A model generated the notes under the pieces. The model saw only the letters and a program-made list of their open reading frames with translations. It searched no databases and had not been told where the DNA came from. Of a stretch of DNA of 64,000 nt, positions 54,591 to 64,000 are shown piece after piece. Location: the NCBI GenBank assembly GCA_963816185.1, contig CAWFJJ010000030.1, forward strand, positions 1-64,000, read 5' to 3'. The DNA is from Thermoanaerobaculia bacterium (GTDB lineage Bacteria; Acidobacteriota; Thermoanaerobaculia; UBA5066). Both the position numbers and the translations under genes were made by a program. The first letter of the stretch is position 1; each line of letters starts with the position of its first letter.

Positions 54591-56042
54591 ATGTCGGCAA
54601 AGTTGAAATTTGACAAAGTGTTGGTCGCCAACCGGGGGGAGATCGCCGTGCGCATCATGCGCTCCGCCCAAGAGCTGGGGCTCAAGGTGGTGGCCATCTA
54701 CGAGGAGACCGACAAGAACGCCTATCACATCATGCGCGCCGATGAGGCGGTCTGCATCGGCTCCGGCCCCCGAAAAGATTACCTGAATATCCGCAAGATT
54801 ATCGCCGCGGCCAAAGAGACCGGCGCCCAGGCCATTCACCCGGGTTACGGCTTCCTGGCGGAGAATCCCGACTTCCCGAAGGCCTGCACCGAGGCGGGCC
54901 TGGTGTTCATCGGGCCGCCCCCGGAGGTGATCCGCGACCTGGGGAGCAAGGTCATTGCCCGGAAGCTCGCCCAGGAGACGGGCCTGCCGGTGATCCCGGC
55001 CACTGCCAACCTGCCCCACGGGGACCTGGGGGAACGGCAGGCCGTCGAGTTTGCCTCCCAATACGGCTATCCCATCATGATCAAGGCGGTCTCCGGCGGC
55101 GGCGGCCGCGGCATCCGCCAGGTGGAGGATGAAAAGGAACTGCTGGCCGGGCTGACCCGTTCCCGCTCCGAAGCCCTGATGTCCTTCGCCGATGACAGCA
55201 TCTACCTGGAAAAGCACGTCCGGCGGCCCCGGCACGTGGAGGTGCAGATCCTGGCTGATAATTACGGCAACGTGGTCCACCTGGGCACCCGCAACTGCTC
55301 CATCCAGCGCCGCCATCAGAAATTGATCGAGATCGCCCCCGCCGGCCTGGCGCCGGCCCTCACTGCCGAAATCTGTGCCGCCGCGGTGCGGGCCGTCCGG
55401 GCCGCCCATTATCTCAGCGCCGGCACCGTGGAGTTCCTGGTGGACCCGGACAACGCCTTCTATTTTCTGGAGGTGAACACCCGCCTGCAAGTGGAGCACA
55501 CGGTTACCGAAGTGCTCACCGGCATTGACATCGTCCGCGAACAGTTTCTGATCGCCATGGGAGAGCCCATCAGTTTCACCCAGGAGCAGGTGGCGGAGCG
55601 GGGCTATGCCATCGAACTCAGGATCAACGCCGAAGACCCCAAGAACGACTTTCTCTCCAGCCCCGGAATGATCCGGGTCTATGTATCCCCCGGCGGCCCC
55701 GGGGTCCGGCTGGATGGGGCCATCTATCAGGGTTATGAAATTACCCCCTTTTATGACTCCATGATGGTCAAGCTCACGGTGTACGGCTTCACCTGGCGGG
55801 AGGCGGTGGACCGCATGTCCCGAGCCCTCCAGAGCTTCCTCATCGTCGGAGTGACTACCACCATTCCTTATTTTCAGCAGATCGTCGAGGAACCCGACTT
55901 CATCGCCATGAAATTGGACACCAGCTATATCGACGAACACCCCGATCTACTGAACTATCAGGAGGTGGAACGGGAGGTGGACAAGATCGCCCGCCTCATC
56001 GCCGAGATCAACGCCCACGAGAAGAACCCTTACGTCCAGTGA
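54591..56042 (+). CDS. pycA: Biotin carboxylase (pyruvate carboxylase subunit A-like)
   Basis: ANRGEIA, HPGYGFLAEN, GGGGRG, QRRHQK, EVNTRLQVEH, RINAED. Confidence 0.88.
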   Translation: MSAKLKFDKVLVANRGEIAVRIMRSAQELGLKVVAIYEETDKNAYHIMRADEAVCIGSGPRKDYLNIRKIIAAAKETGAQAIHPGYGFLAENPDFPKACTEAGLVFIGPPPEVIRDLGSKVIARKLAQETGLPVIPATANLPHGDLGERQAVEFASQYGYPIMIKAVSGGGGRGIRQVEDEKELLAGLTRSRSEALMSFADDSIYLEKHVRRPRHVEVQILADNYGNVVHLGTRNCSIQRRHQKLIEIAPAGLAPALTAEICAAAVRAVRAAHYLSAGTVEFLVDPDNAFYFLEVNTRLQVEHTVTEVLTGIDIVREQFLIAMGEPISFTQEQVAERGYAIELRINAEDPKNDFLSSPGMIRVYVSPGGPGVRLDGAIYQGYEITPFYDSMMVKLTVYGFTWREAVDRMSRALQSFLIVGVTTTIPYFQQIVEEPDFIAMKLDTSYIDEHPDLLNYQEVEREVDKIARLIAEINAHEKNPYVQ

Positions 56043-56368
56043 GCAGTTGTCAGGGGTCAGGGGCCAGAAAAGCAGTGATCAGTAATCAGTTATCAGTGGC
56101 CAGAAAAATCTAACTGTTCACCAAAACGGGAAAATTGCAGTGAACATTGGGAAAGAATAAAATATGATAAGAAATTATTATTAATTCCAAAACTTATCAA
56201 GGTAATTGAATTAAAAGCTAAAACTCTTGCGGTTCCTAAATGAGAAGTTTTAGAATGAAAAATAAATAAGAAATCATTATTCCTTTCCCAGGTCATCCAT
56301 TTATAGAAGTTTGGGGAAAGCAATTTCTATATTCTGATTTATATGAATTAGTTGGCGAAAAAAGATTT

Positions 56369-57412
56369 ATGACAACTTTTACCTTTAAGAAGAAGTCAGA
56401 GGCATATATAAAATATAAAACTGAAATTACAGGAACAATATTTTATTCAAGAGAAGAAATTAATAGAATCACCCAATCCAATAATCAATTTGAAGCAGAT
56501 AAGATTAAAATTGAAGCATTTATGGATTTGGAACAGGATTTAAAGGAAAATCTAAAATATGGTGGTGTTTCTGTCGCTGATATTGAAGTAATATCATTTA
56601 CACCTTACAAAAATGAAATTGAATATTATGATTCTGGTGGAAAAAAAGTTCCTAATATAATTTATATTGATTATAAATCTACGCCAAATGACGATATATG
56701 ATTTAATGTATCATAATTTAGTTGTAAGTAAATTCAATCATGGCACAGAATTGATTGAGTATGAGAAGGAAAAGCTTATAGGAATTACATTAGGAAAATA
56801 TGGTAATATAAATCCCAAAGTTACTAAAAGCATTTGGATATGATAGAGATAAAGTTATTAACTGTAAAAATATCTGGTATCATTGTTATCTTAGTAAAGG
56901 AAAGAAGAAAGACTATAACAGAAGAGGAAAAAGCAAAATTAGATGATTTAAAATTTATTTTTATGGTGAATAATCTCAGGATATTTCTTGAGGAGATTAA
57001 TAAATGTAAAGTTTATAGTAATGAATTAAAAATAAAAGCAGACATATTTAAAAATCTTATGTTGGAATTAGAGAAATTTGAACCTCATATATTATTATAT
57101 GGCAAAAAACAGGTATATTGGGATATTCAATCTTATCTGCATATAGTTCTAAATCATGTAGAACAACTTCAACTCGGCAGATTTAAATCTAAATCATCAT
57201 TTCCATATAAGCATAATGATTTGTAAATGTTAATAGAGCAAGTTTTGATAAGAATTGAAGATGAAATAAAGAACTATTTTAAGAAATATCCAGATGGGGA
57301 ATTTAGAAGAGGTGGACCAATGAGTGTTTTTTATAACAATGATTATTATTCCCTCAATATTGATAAAAATGGTAGATTAGTAAGTTTTTATTCTTCACCC
57401 ATTCCCTGCTAG
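56369..57412 (+). CDS. AT-rich hypothetical protein, probably one broken gene of about 350 aa
   Basis: Co-oriented ORFs 56369, 56834 and 57227 abut; C-terminal HIVLNH...KSSFP...GRLVSFY. Confidence 0.5.
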
Positions 57413-57576
57413 TAGCCATTCTTTAAAAGGAGATATCTCTATTATTTTGTAATACTCTAAAAATTCATCGAAGGTAAATTGTTTAAACCATACCTGATTT
57501 GACCAATATCTGCAAAATCTTCAAAATATAAAAACTAAAAACTCGAAACTCGAAATCTAAAATCTCGGAAACGGTC

Positions 57577-59232
57577 ATGGAAACGCGCATCACTAGAGAG
57601 ATGCAGCCGGCCGCCATCCTCGACACCCTGCGGCAGGCGGACGGCTACTACCTGTGCAACAGTGAGCGGGACGTCTCCCAATCCGACTTCAAAAACCGGC
57701 TGATGCCCATGACCAGCGTGCGCGTGGCCCCGTACCGGGAGGCCGCCGGCTTCTTCTCCGTAGAGGTGAGCGGCGGCGCCTCGGTGCACGTGGACCTGAT
57801 GCGCCGGCTGGTCAACCCCTTCAAACGGCTGCGCATCATCCGCAAGGCCATGCCGCAGACCCTGCTGCAAACGGTCTGCCGGGGGGCCTCGCTCTTCGGC
57901 TACCGCCACTATCCCGAAAACGTCATCCGCCTGGTGGTCCGGGAATTTGCCCGATACGTGGACGTCTGGCGGGTCTATGATTTTCTCAACCACGTGCCTA
58001 ACATGATCCCGGTCTTCGAAGAAGTGCAGCGGTCCGGGCGGCTGCTGATGCCCAGCATCTGCTTCTCCACCGGCAAGGAGCACACCGACGCCTACTACGT
58101 GGCCAAGGTCCGGGAGATCCTGGCGGTCACCGGCCCCGACGTCATCATCTCCATCAAGAACTACGCCGGTTTGGGGACCCCCAAGCGTATCGGCCACTTG
58201 GTGGAGGCCCTAACCCAGGCCTTTCCCGACATCATCCTGCACTACCACGGCTGCAATACCGACGGCAACGACATCGGCCGCATGAGCGCCGCGGTCCTGG
58301 CCGGAGTGAAGATTTGCGACGTGGCGGATCATGGTTATGGCTCCATTTACGGCCAGGCCCCGGCCCTCACCCTGATTCAGGCCCTGGAGGACTACAACAA
58401 AGAGCCCGCCGGGGTCGATATTCCCGCCCTGATCAAATCTTCCGACCTGCTGCGCCGGGAGCGCAAGATTTATGAGCCCTTCGAGAGCCCCTTCCGGGGC
58501 CACGACCCCACCGTGACGCATTACAAGCTCACCGGCGGCGCCGTGGGCAGCGCCTTTGAGCAGGCGGACAAGGGCGGCTTTCTGGACCGCATGCCCCAGA
58601 TTCTGGAGGAGATGGGGCGGGTGCAGGTGGAACTGGGCAACTGGTGGTCCGTGACCCCGGGCTCCCAGATCATCTGGACCACCGCGGTGAACAACGTGCT
58701 TTACGGCCGCTACGAGCGGCCCTCTCTGGACCTGAAGAACCTCCTCTTGGGCCGCTACGGGCCGCTGCCCTTCTATGAGCCCGAGGACTGGATTTACGAA
58801 AAGGTCCTGGAATACCAGCGCTACGACGGCAAGAAATGGCCGCAGATCCTGGCCGGCGAACGGGGCCTGGTGAAGCCGGCGGAACCGGACCTCGAGCAGG
58901 AGCGCAGCCGTTTGCAGGCGGAATTGGGCCGGCCGGCCTCCGCTGAGGATCTGGCCCTGTACCTGCTGTTTCCTTTCGATGCCGCCTCGTATTTCAAGTT
59001 CGAGGCCCAATACGGCAAGACCTGGCTGCTGCCGCCGGAGGTCTGGTTCCGCCGGGGCGGCTTCAAGGACGGCGAACGTATCGGCTTCACCGACGAATAC
59101 GGGGTGCCCCATTACATCGAAGTGATCTCCACCCGCCGGGAGGGCGACAACGTCCTCACCACCCTGGTGGTGGACCACAGCTTCCAGACCATCAGCGTCC
59201 AGGTGGCTGGCGATAAAGCGGCAGTGGCCTAG
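57577..59232 (+). CDS. pycB: Carboxyltransferase (pyruvate carboxylase subunit B-like), no biotinyl domain
   Basis: RDVSQS, SVEVSGGA, QTVCRG, KNYAG, VTPGSQ; no EAMKM motif. Confidence 0.8.
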   Translation: METRITREMQPAAILDTLRQADGYYLCNSERDVSQSDFKNRLMPMTSVRVAPYREAAGFFSVEVSGGASVHVDLMRRLVNPFKRLRIIRKAMPQTLLQTVCRGASLFGYRHYPENVIRLVVREFARYVDVWRVYDFLNHVPNMIPVFEEVQRSGRLLMPSICFSTGKEHTDAYYVAKVREILAVTGPDVIISIKNYAGLGTPKRIGHLVEALTQAFPDIILHYHGCNTDGNDIGRMSAAVLAGVKICDVADHGYGSIYGQAPALTLIQALEDYNKEPAGVDIPALIKSSDLLRRERKIYEPFESPFRGHDPTVTHYKLTGGAVGSAFEQADKGGFLDRMPQILEEMGRVQVELGNWWSVTPGSQIIWTTAVNNVLYGRYERPSLDLKNLLLGRYGPLPFYEPEDWIYEKVLEYQRYDGKKWPQILAGERGLVKPAEPDLEQERSRLQAELGRPASAEDLALYLLFPFDAASYFKFEAQYGKTWLLPPEVWFRRGGFKDGERIGFTDEYGVPHYIEVISTRREGDNVLTTLVVDHSFQTISVQVAGDKAAVA

Positions 59233-59441
59233 AACTTCCTCTTTGGCGGAAAAATTGGCGGTATAAGTGTATTGTAGGGGCGGTTCTCGAACCGCCCTCT
59301 TCATTATTGGTTAATCGGATCGGTCAAAACATTTAACAGTCCAGCCGGTTCTGGGTCTAAACCATCAAAGGCCGCCGACACCAACCTGGGCGGCCCGGGC
59401 AAACTCACCTTAAGTGGTTTTGCCGATTTTCTCAGGAGGAT

Positions 59442-59793
59442 ATGAACATGCAGAAGTGGTCCAAGACCTTGATGGCCGGGGTGATCGCCGGTAGTCTGCT
59501 TTTGGGCAGTTTGCCCGCCCTGGCGCAATCGACTTACGACCCGAAAATCGATGCCCGGGAGCAGCGCCAGCAGGAGCGCATCCAGCAGGGGGTCCAATCC
59601 GGCCAATTGACCTCGCGGGAAGCCAATCACCTGGAGGCGCAGCAAGGCCGAATCCAGGCCAGGGAAGACCGTATGAAGGCCAACGGCAATCTCACGCCCC
59701 GCGGAGCGGGCCAGATTGACCCGGCAGCAGAACCACGCCAGCCGCAACATCTACCACAAAAAGCACAACGAACGGACCGCCGCTTCTCAGTAA
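59442..59793 (+). CDS. Secreted Gln/Arg-rich helical repeat protein (frameshifted)
   Basis: SD AGGAGG, signal peptide, RIQQGVQSGQLT..E, NGNLT..ER..L...NIYHKKHN. Confidence 0.75.
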
Positions 59794-60112
59794 GGAGCGC
59801 CGCACCCCAATCGACTAACCAGGGGGCCTCGGCCCCCGCTTTTTTATGTAGAACCGCCGCCCTCGGCGGTTCTCTAAACTTGGTGGGGCGGCCGTCCCCG
59901 GCCGCCTCCTCTTCCGGTGGCCCCGCGCCCGCCTGGGCCGCGCCGGCTAAAGCCGGTAACTACCAAAAACTAATCATAAAATAGCTTGCAGTTAATTTTA
60001 TCGGCCTAATCTTTAGGCGCGGCGGATTGTTTTATGGTCTGCCGGTACTTATTTTGTTACCATGAGCCCTGCTGCTTCTTATCAGCCTATGCTCCCATCC
60101 GGGAGACCAGCC

Positions 60113-61537
60113 GTGAACGTCCTGATCATCGCCGCCAACCGTAACCGCCACCCGGCCCCGGTTATCCCCTACGGCGCCTGCATGGTGGCCGAAGCCACGG
60201 CTGCGGCCGGCCACCAGGTCGAGTTCCTGGACCTCATGTTCAGTCCGACCCTAAGGCCGCGTTGGCCAGCACCTTACAAAAAACACCCGAGGTCATCGGC
60301 CTGTCGGTCCGCAACCTGGACAACAACGATATGCAGGCCCCGGTGGAATTCGTCACCGCCCTGACCGAGATCACCCGCACCGTGCAGCAACTTTCGACCG
60401 CCCCCCTGATCCTGGGCGGCCCGGCGGTGGGAGTGATGCCGGAGTCGCTCCTCCGCCGCACCCAGGCCGCCTGTGCCGTCCTGGGGGATGGCGAGACCGT
60501 CTTTCCGGCCCTGTTGCGGGCCTTGAACCATGGCGGCGGCTTTGAGGGAGTGCCGCGGCTCGCCTGGCTGGACCATGGTCATTACCGCACGAGCCGCCAC
60601 CGTCCGTAGCGACCTCAGCCCCCAACTCTGCACCCCGGACTACCCCCGCTGGCTCGACCTTAAGGCCTACCGGGCCAACCTGACCTCGGTGCCGCTCCAG
60701 TCCAAGCGGGGCTGCCCTTTCCCTTGCATCTATTGCACTTACGGCCTCAGCGAAGGCCGGGAGTATCGTCTGCTCCCGCCGGAGGAGGTGGCTGCGGCGG
60801 TGCAGCGCCTGGCCGCCCTGGGCTGCCGGGATCTCGAATTCGTGGACAACGTCTTCAATGCGCCCTACGATCACGCCCTGGCGGTGTGTAACTATCTGGC
60901 CCGCAGCCGCCCGCCGGTGCGCCTGCAAACCCTGGAGCTGAACCCGGCCTTCGTCGACGACCGGCTGCTGCGCGCCATGGAGCAGGCCGGCTTCGTGGGC
61001 GTAGGGGTGACGGCCGAAAGCGCCGCCGACCCGGCCCTGGCCGGCCTGAAAAAGGGCTTTACCGCCGACCAGGTGGAACGGGCCGCCGCCGCCATCCGCC
61101 GCAGCCCGCTGCCCTGCTTCTGGATCTTCATGCTGGGCGGGCCGGGCGAGACCTCGGCCACGGTGATGGAAAGTCTCCGGTTCGCCCAAAGGACCCTGCG
61201 GCCGGGGGATGTGGCCTACTTCAACGTGGGTATCAGGATTTATCCCGGCACCGAGTTGGAGTTCATCGCCCGGCGGCAGGGGATCTTGAACTGTTCAGCC
61301 GAGGAGATGCTGGAACCGGCTTTCTATTTTTCTCCGGAACTGGATTATGCCTGGACCCTGGACCAGGTGCGCCGGGCCGCCGCCGACCAGCTGAATCTCT
61401 TGCATGCGGCCTCCCTGAGCCACCCCTGGCTGCCGGCGGTCAACCGCCTGTTCAGCCGGCTGCCGGTGAGCCGCCCCCTGTGGAGGCATACCCGGGCCAT
61501 CCGCCGGGTAGTCCGGGCCTTGGGCCGGGATATTTGA
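60113..61537 (+). CDS. B12-binding radical SAM protein (frameshifted)
   Basis: PVIPYG, IGLSVRNLD, ILGG; KRGCPFPCIYC, FVDNVFN, GGPGET, IRIYPGT. Confidence 0.88.
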
Positions 61538-61618
61538 CTGCCTCAGCCCCTGGTAGCCGCAGGCTTTAGCCTGCGCTGTAGCGGTACACCCCTCGTGGGG
61601 GCACAGCCCGTTGTTCAC

Positions 61619-61815
61619 TCGTTCCCAAGCTCCAGCTTGGGAACGCAATTTTAACCCAAGCTCCTGCTTGGGTTTCTGGATTTCGGTTCCCAGGTTATAC
61701 TTGGTCACCCAATTTGCCCCAAAGCTTTGCTGGTGGATCTTGCCAATGCAGCACACGTTTTTTCCGGTTCCCAAGTTGCCCTTGGGAACCCAATTTGACC
61801 TCAAGCTTCGCTTGG
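61619..61815. repeat. Three tandem GTTCCCAAG-N-CTTGGGAAC palindromic repeats
   Basis: Copies near 61620, 61685 and 61766; same family near 28812 and 46696. Confidence 0.75.
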
Positions 61816-61976
61816 TAGTCTTAACACCTTTTTTAATCAGGGCCTCAAGGCAGTTCTCTTTACTCCCTCCCCCTTGAGGGGGGAGGGCCGGGGTGGGGGT
61901 GGCGAGCGCTTTTCTCCACCCTGGTTAAAAACTAAAAACTTGAAACTCGAAACTCGAAAACTCCTCCGAGGTCTTG

Positions 61977-63053
61977 ATGCCCCACGGCAAGCCCCCCGCC
62001 GTCCGCCTGGCCGCGGTCGCCACCGCCACCCCGCCCTATGTGGCGGACCAGCGGGAGGCGGAGGCCTTTTTCCTGCGGCATTACGGCCCGCGGCTGAGCC
62101 CGCTCTCCCTCCGGCTGCTGCGGAAATTTCTGGCCCACCCCAGCATCCGGCAGCGCCGCTTCGCCCTGGGCACCCCGATTGCCTGGTGGCGGAAGACCCG
62201 GACCAACGCATCGAGCGCTTCACCCGCTGGGCCCTGGACCTCTCCGAACAGGCCGGCCGGGAGGCCCTGGAACGCGCCGGCCTGGCGCCGGCGGACATCT
62301 CGGCCCTGGTGGTCAACACCTGCACCGGCTACCTCTGCCCCGGCCTCTCCAGCTACCTCCTGGAGCGGCTCGACCTGCCCCGGCAGATCCGGGCCTACGA
62401 CCTGGTGGGCGGCGGCTGCGGCGGCGCGGTCCCCAATTTCCAGGCCGCCCAGGAATTTCTCCTGGCCCAGGGCGAGGGCGCCGCCCTCTGCGTCTCGGTG
62501 GAGATTTGCAGCGCCACCTTCCACCTGGAGGACGACCTCAGCCTGCTGCTCTCCAACGCCCTGTTCGGCGACGGCGCCGCGGCCGCGGTCCTCTGGACCC
62601 GGCCCCGGGGCCTGGAACTCGTGGCCTCCAGCAGCTTCCATGCGCCGGAGGACCGGGAGGCCATCCGCTACGTCCATAAACACGGCCAGCTTTACAACCA
62701 GTTGTCCCGCCACCTGCCGGCCATCGTCAATAAGGCGGTGGCCCGGGCCGTCCACCACGTCTTGGAACCCCGGGGCCTGACCGTGGCCGACGTGGCCCAC
62801 TGGGCCCTGCACGGCGGCGGCGACAAGGTCCTGACCGCCGTGGCCCGGGAACTCGCATATCCCCGCCGACAAACTCCTCCCCACCCGGGACATCTTGGCC
62901 CGCTACGGCAACATGTCCTCCCCCTCGGTCCTCTTCACCCTCCAGGAGATCATGCACAACGGCCTCCGCCCCGCCGACTGGGTCCTCCTGGCCTCCTTCG
63001 GCGCCGGCCTCTCGGCCCACGCCTTGCTGCTGGGTCGACCTGTAGGGCGGTGA
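61977..63053 (+). CDS. Type III polyketide synthase (frameshifted)
   Basis: TCTG...P, GGGCGGA catalytic Cys, VEICS, LFGDGA, HGGG, YGNMSS, FGAGL. Confidence 0.9.
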
Positions 63054-63145
63054 ATTAGTTGAAGCGTTCATCCCAAGCCTTTATGCCTGGTGCTTCAGCA
63101 CTTGCCGGAAATAAAATCCATAGGGAAAGAATATGGCTCCTTAGG

Positions 63146-63655
63146 TCATCCCAAATAAAACCGCCACTTACAAAACATCCCCTCCGGATGCTTATCCGGC
63201 GGCGCAAAAACACACTCCGTCTGAATCCGCGCATCGATCTCCTGGGCGAAGCTCGAAAATTCCCGCCGGTGCATCTCCTTGCAGTGATATTCCTCCAGGC
63301 CCCGCTGCAGCCGGGCCTCCTGGGTGGGGCAGGCGGGCACGGTGATGATGACTTCCTCGGGCTTTTCCTCAATCTGATAGCCCACCAGAATATGCCAGGG
63401 CCAGTAGCGCAGGGCCCGGACGAAGCCCTTTAAGCCCCGCTCCTGTATCTCGAAGCGCTTTAAAATATCTCTGGCCCCCAGGCCCGCCACCCGGTCCCAG
63501 ACCTTTTCGTTCAGCCGGTCCGCCGTGGCCTCGTCAAACCTTTCGGTAATATAGAGATACCAGAACGAGTCCATCTGCCGGTAATGCCGCAGCAAAAACT
63601 GCAGATACTGCCGCAACTCCGCGGCCTCCATGCCCTCAAACATCGTCAGGTCCAT
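63146..63655 (-). CDS. DUF6125-like protein
   Basis: D.FW, CPTQEAR...C, FAQEID...CVFAPPD..P...CKWRF. Confidence 0.7.
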   Translation of the reverse strand: MDLTMFEGMEAAELRQYLQFLLRHYRQMDSFWYLYITERFDEATADRLNEKVWDRVAGLGARDILKRFEIQERGLKGFVRALRYWPWHILVGYQIEEKPEEVIITVPACPTQEARLQRGLEEYHCKEMHRREFSSFAQEIDARIQTECVFAPPDKHPEGMFCKWRFYLG

Positions 63656-63815
63656 ATCTGCCCCATAAAATGCGCTAAATGCTTGATTTTTTACCCCCCT
63701 TTATCAAAGGGGGGTAGGGGGGATTTTGTTTTTGCTGACCGCTGCTAGCTGACAGCTGAAAGCTTTTGATATATGCTCGCATCTTATAATCGAACTCCAT
63801 TTCACGTCAAGCGCT

Positions 63816-64000
63816 ATGGATTTAATCCCCTTCACCCTGAGCTGGACCCCGGTGCTGCTGCTGGCGGTGCTGGCCGTGGCCTTTAAACGCTCGGCCCTGG
63901 AGCTCTCCCTTTATGGCCTGGGGTTCACCGCCGCCCTGGCCTATCTGGCCTTTCAGACGCCCCTCTCGGTGATTTTCCTGGCCGGGCTGGACGGGGTGGT
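63816..64000 (+). CDS. Probable L-lactate permease, 3'-truncated
   Basis: MDLIPFTLSWTPVLLLAVLAVAFKRSA... TM start typical of LctP. Confidence 0.5.
   Translation, partial: MDLIPFTLSWTPVLLLAVLAVAFKRSALELSLYGLGFTAALAYLAFQTPLSVIFLAGLDGV

Noticed and set aside
61619-61815. CRISPR-like repeat-spacer pattern
   Set aside because: The repeats are degenerate palindromes dispersed elsewhere in the window, the spacers are irregular and there are no cas genes

Overview
GC-rich chromosomal window from an anaerobic deltaproteobacterium (Desulfobacca/Desulfobacterota-like; inferred from gene content and repeat families). It is probably an unpolished long-read consensus, because many ordinary genes carry single-base frameshifts and 40.3-40.55 kb looks garbled. 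Main blocks, in order: NUDIX, pyrE and a two-component pair; uxs, SNase-Ada and ogt; a GltD-CCG oxidoreductase; tandem CAP genes; a sigma54 TauE-membrane protein-DUF169 operon; an ArsS-type radical SAM/glycosyltransferase cluster; an MtrA-like/ThyA-like/DUF4346 fusion; speB and a deoxyhypusine synthase-like gene; a chromate transporter pair; a sigma54-driven sRNA candidate followed by a Cys-rich HPP leader ORF and a Met-rich secreted protein; a nitrogen regulon (NifA-like activator, glnA, amtB, glnK, MvhD-like, split glutamate synthase) interrupted by an IS4 inserted in a REP; Mla-like ABC genes; a split pyruvate carboxylase with an AT-rich cassette between the subunits; and a B12 radical SAM plus type III PKS. 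Intergenic DNA is dense with GTAG-type REPs and heptamer tandem repeats. No rRNA, tRNA or CRISPR array was seen. All family calls come from motif recognition, not database searches.
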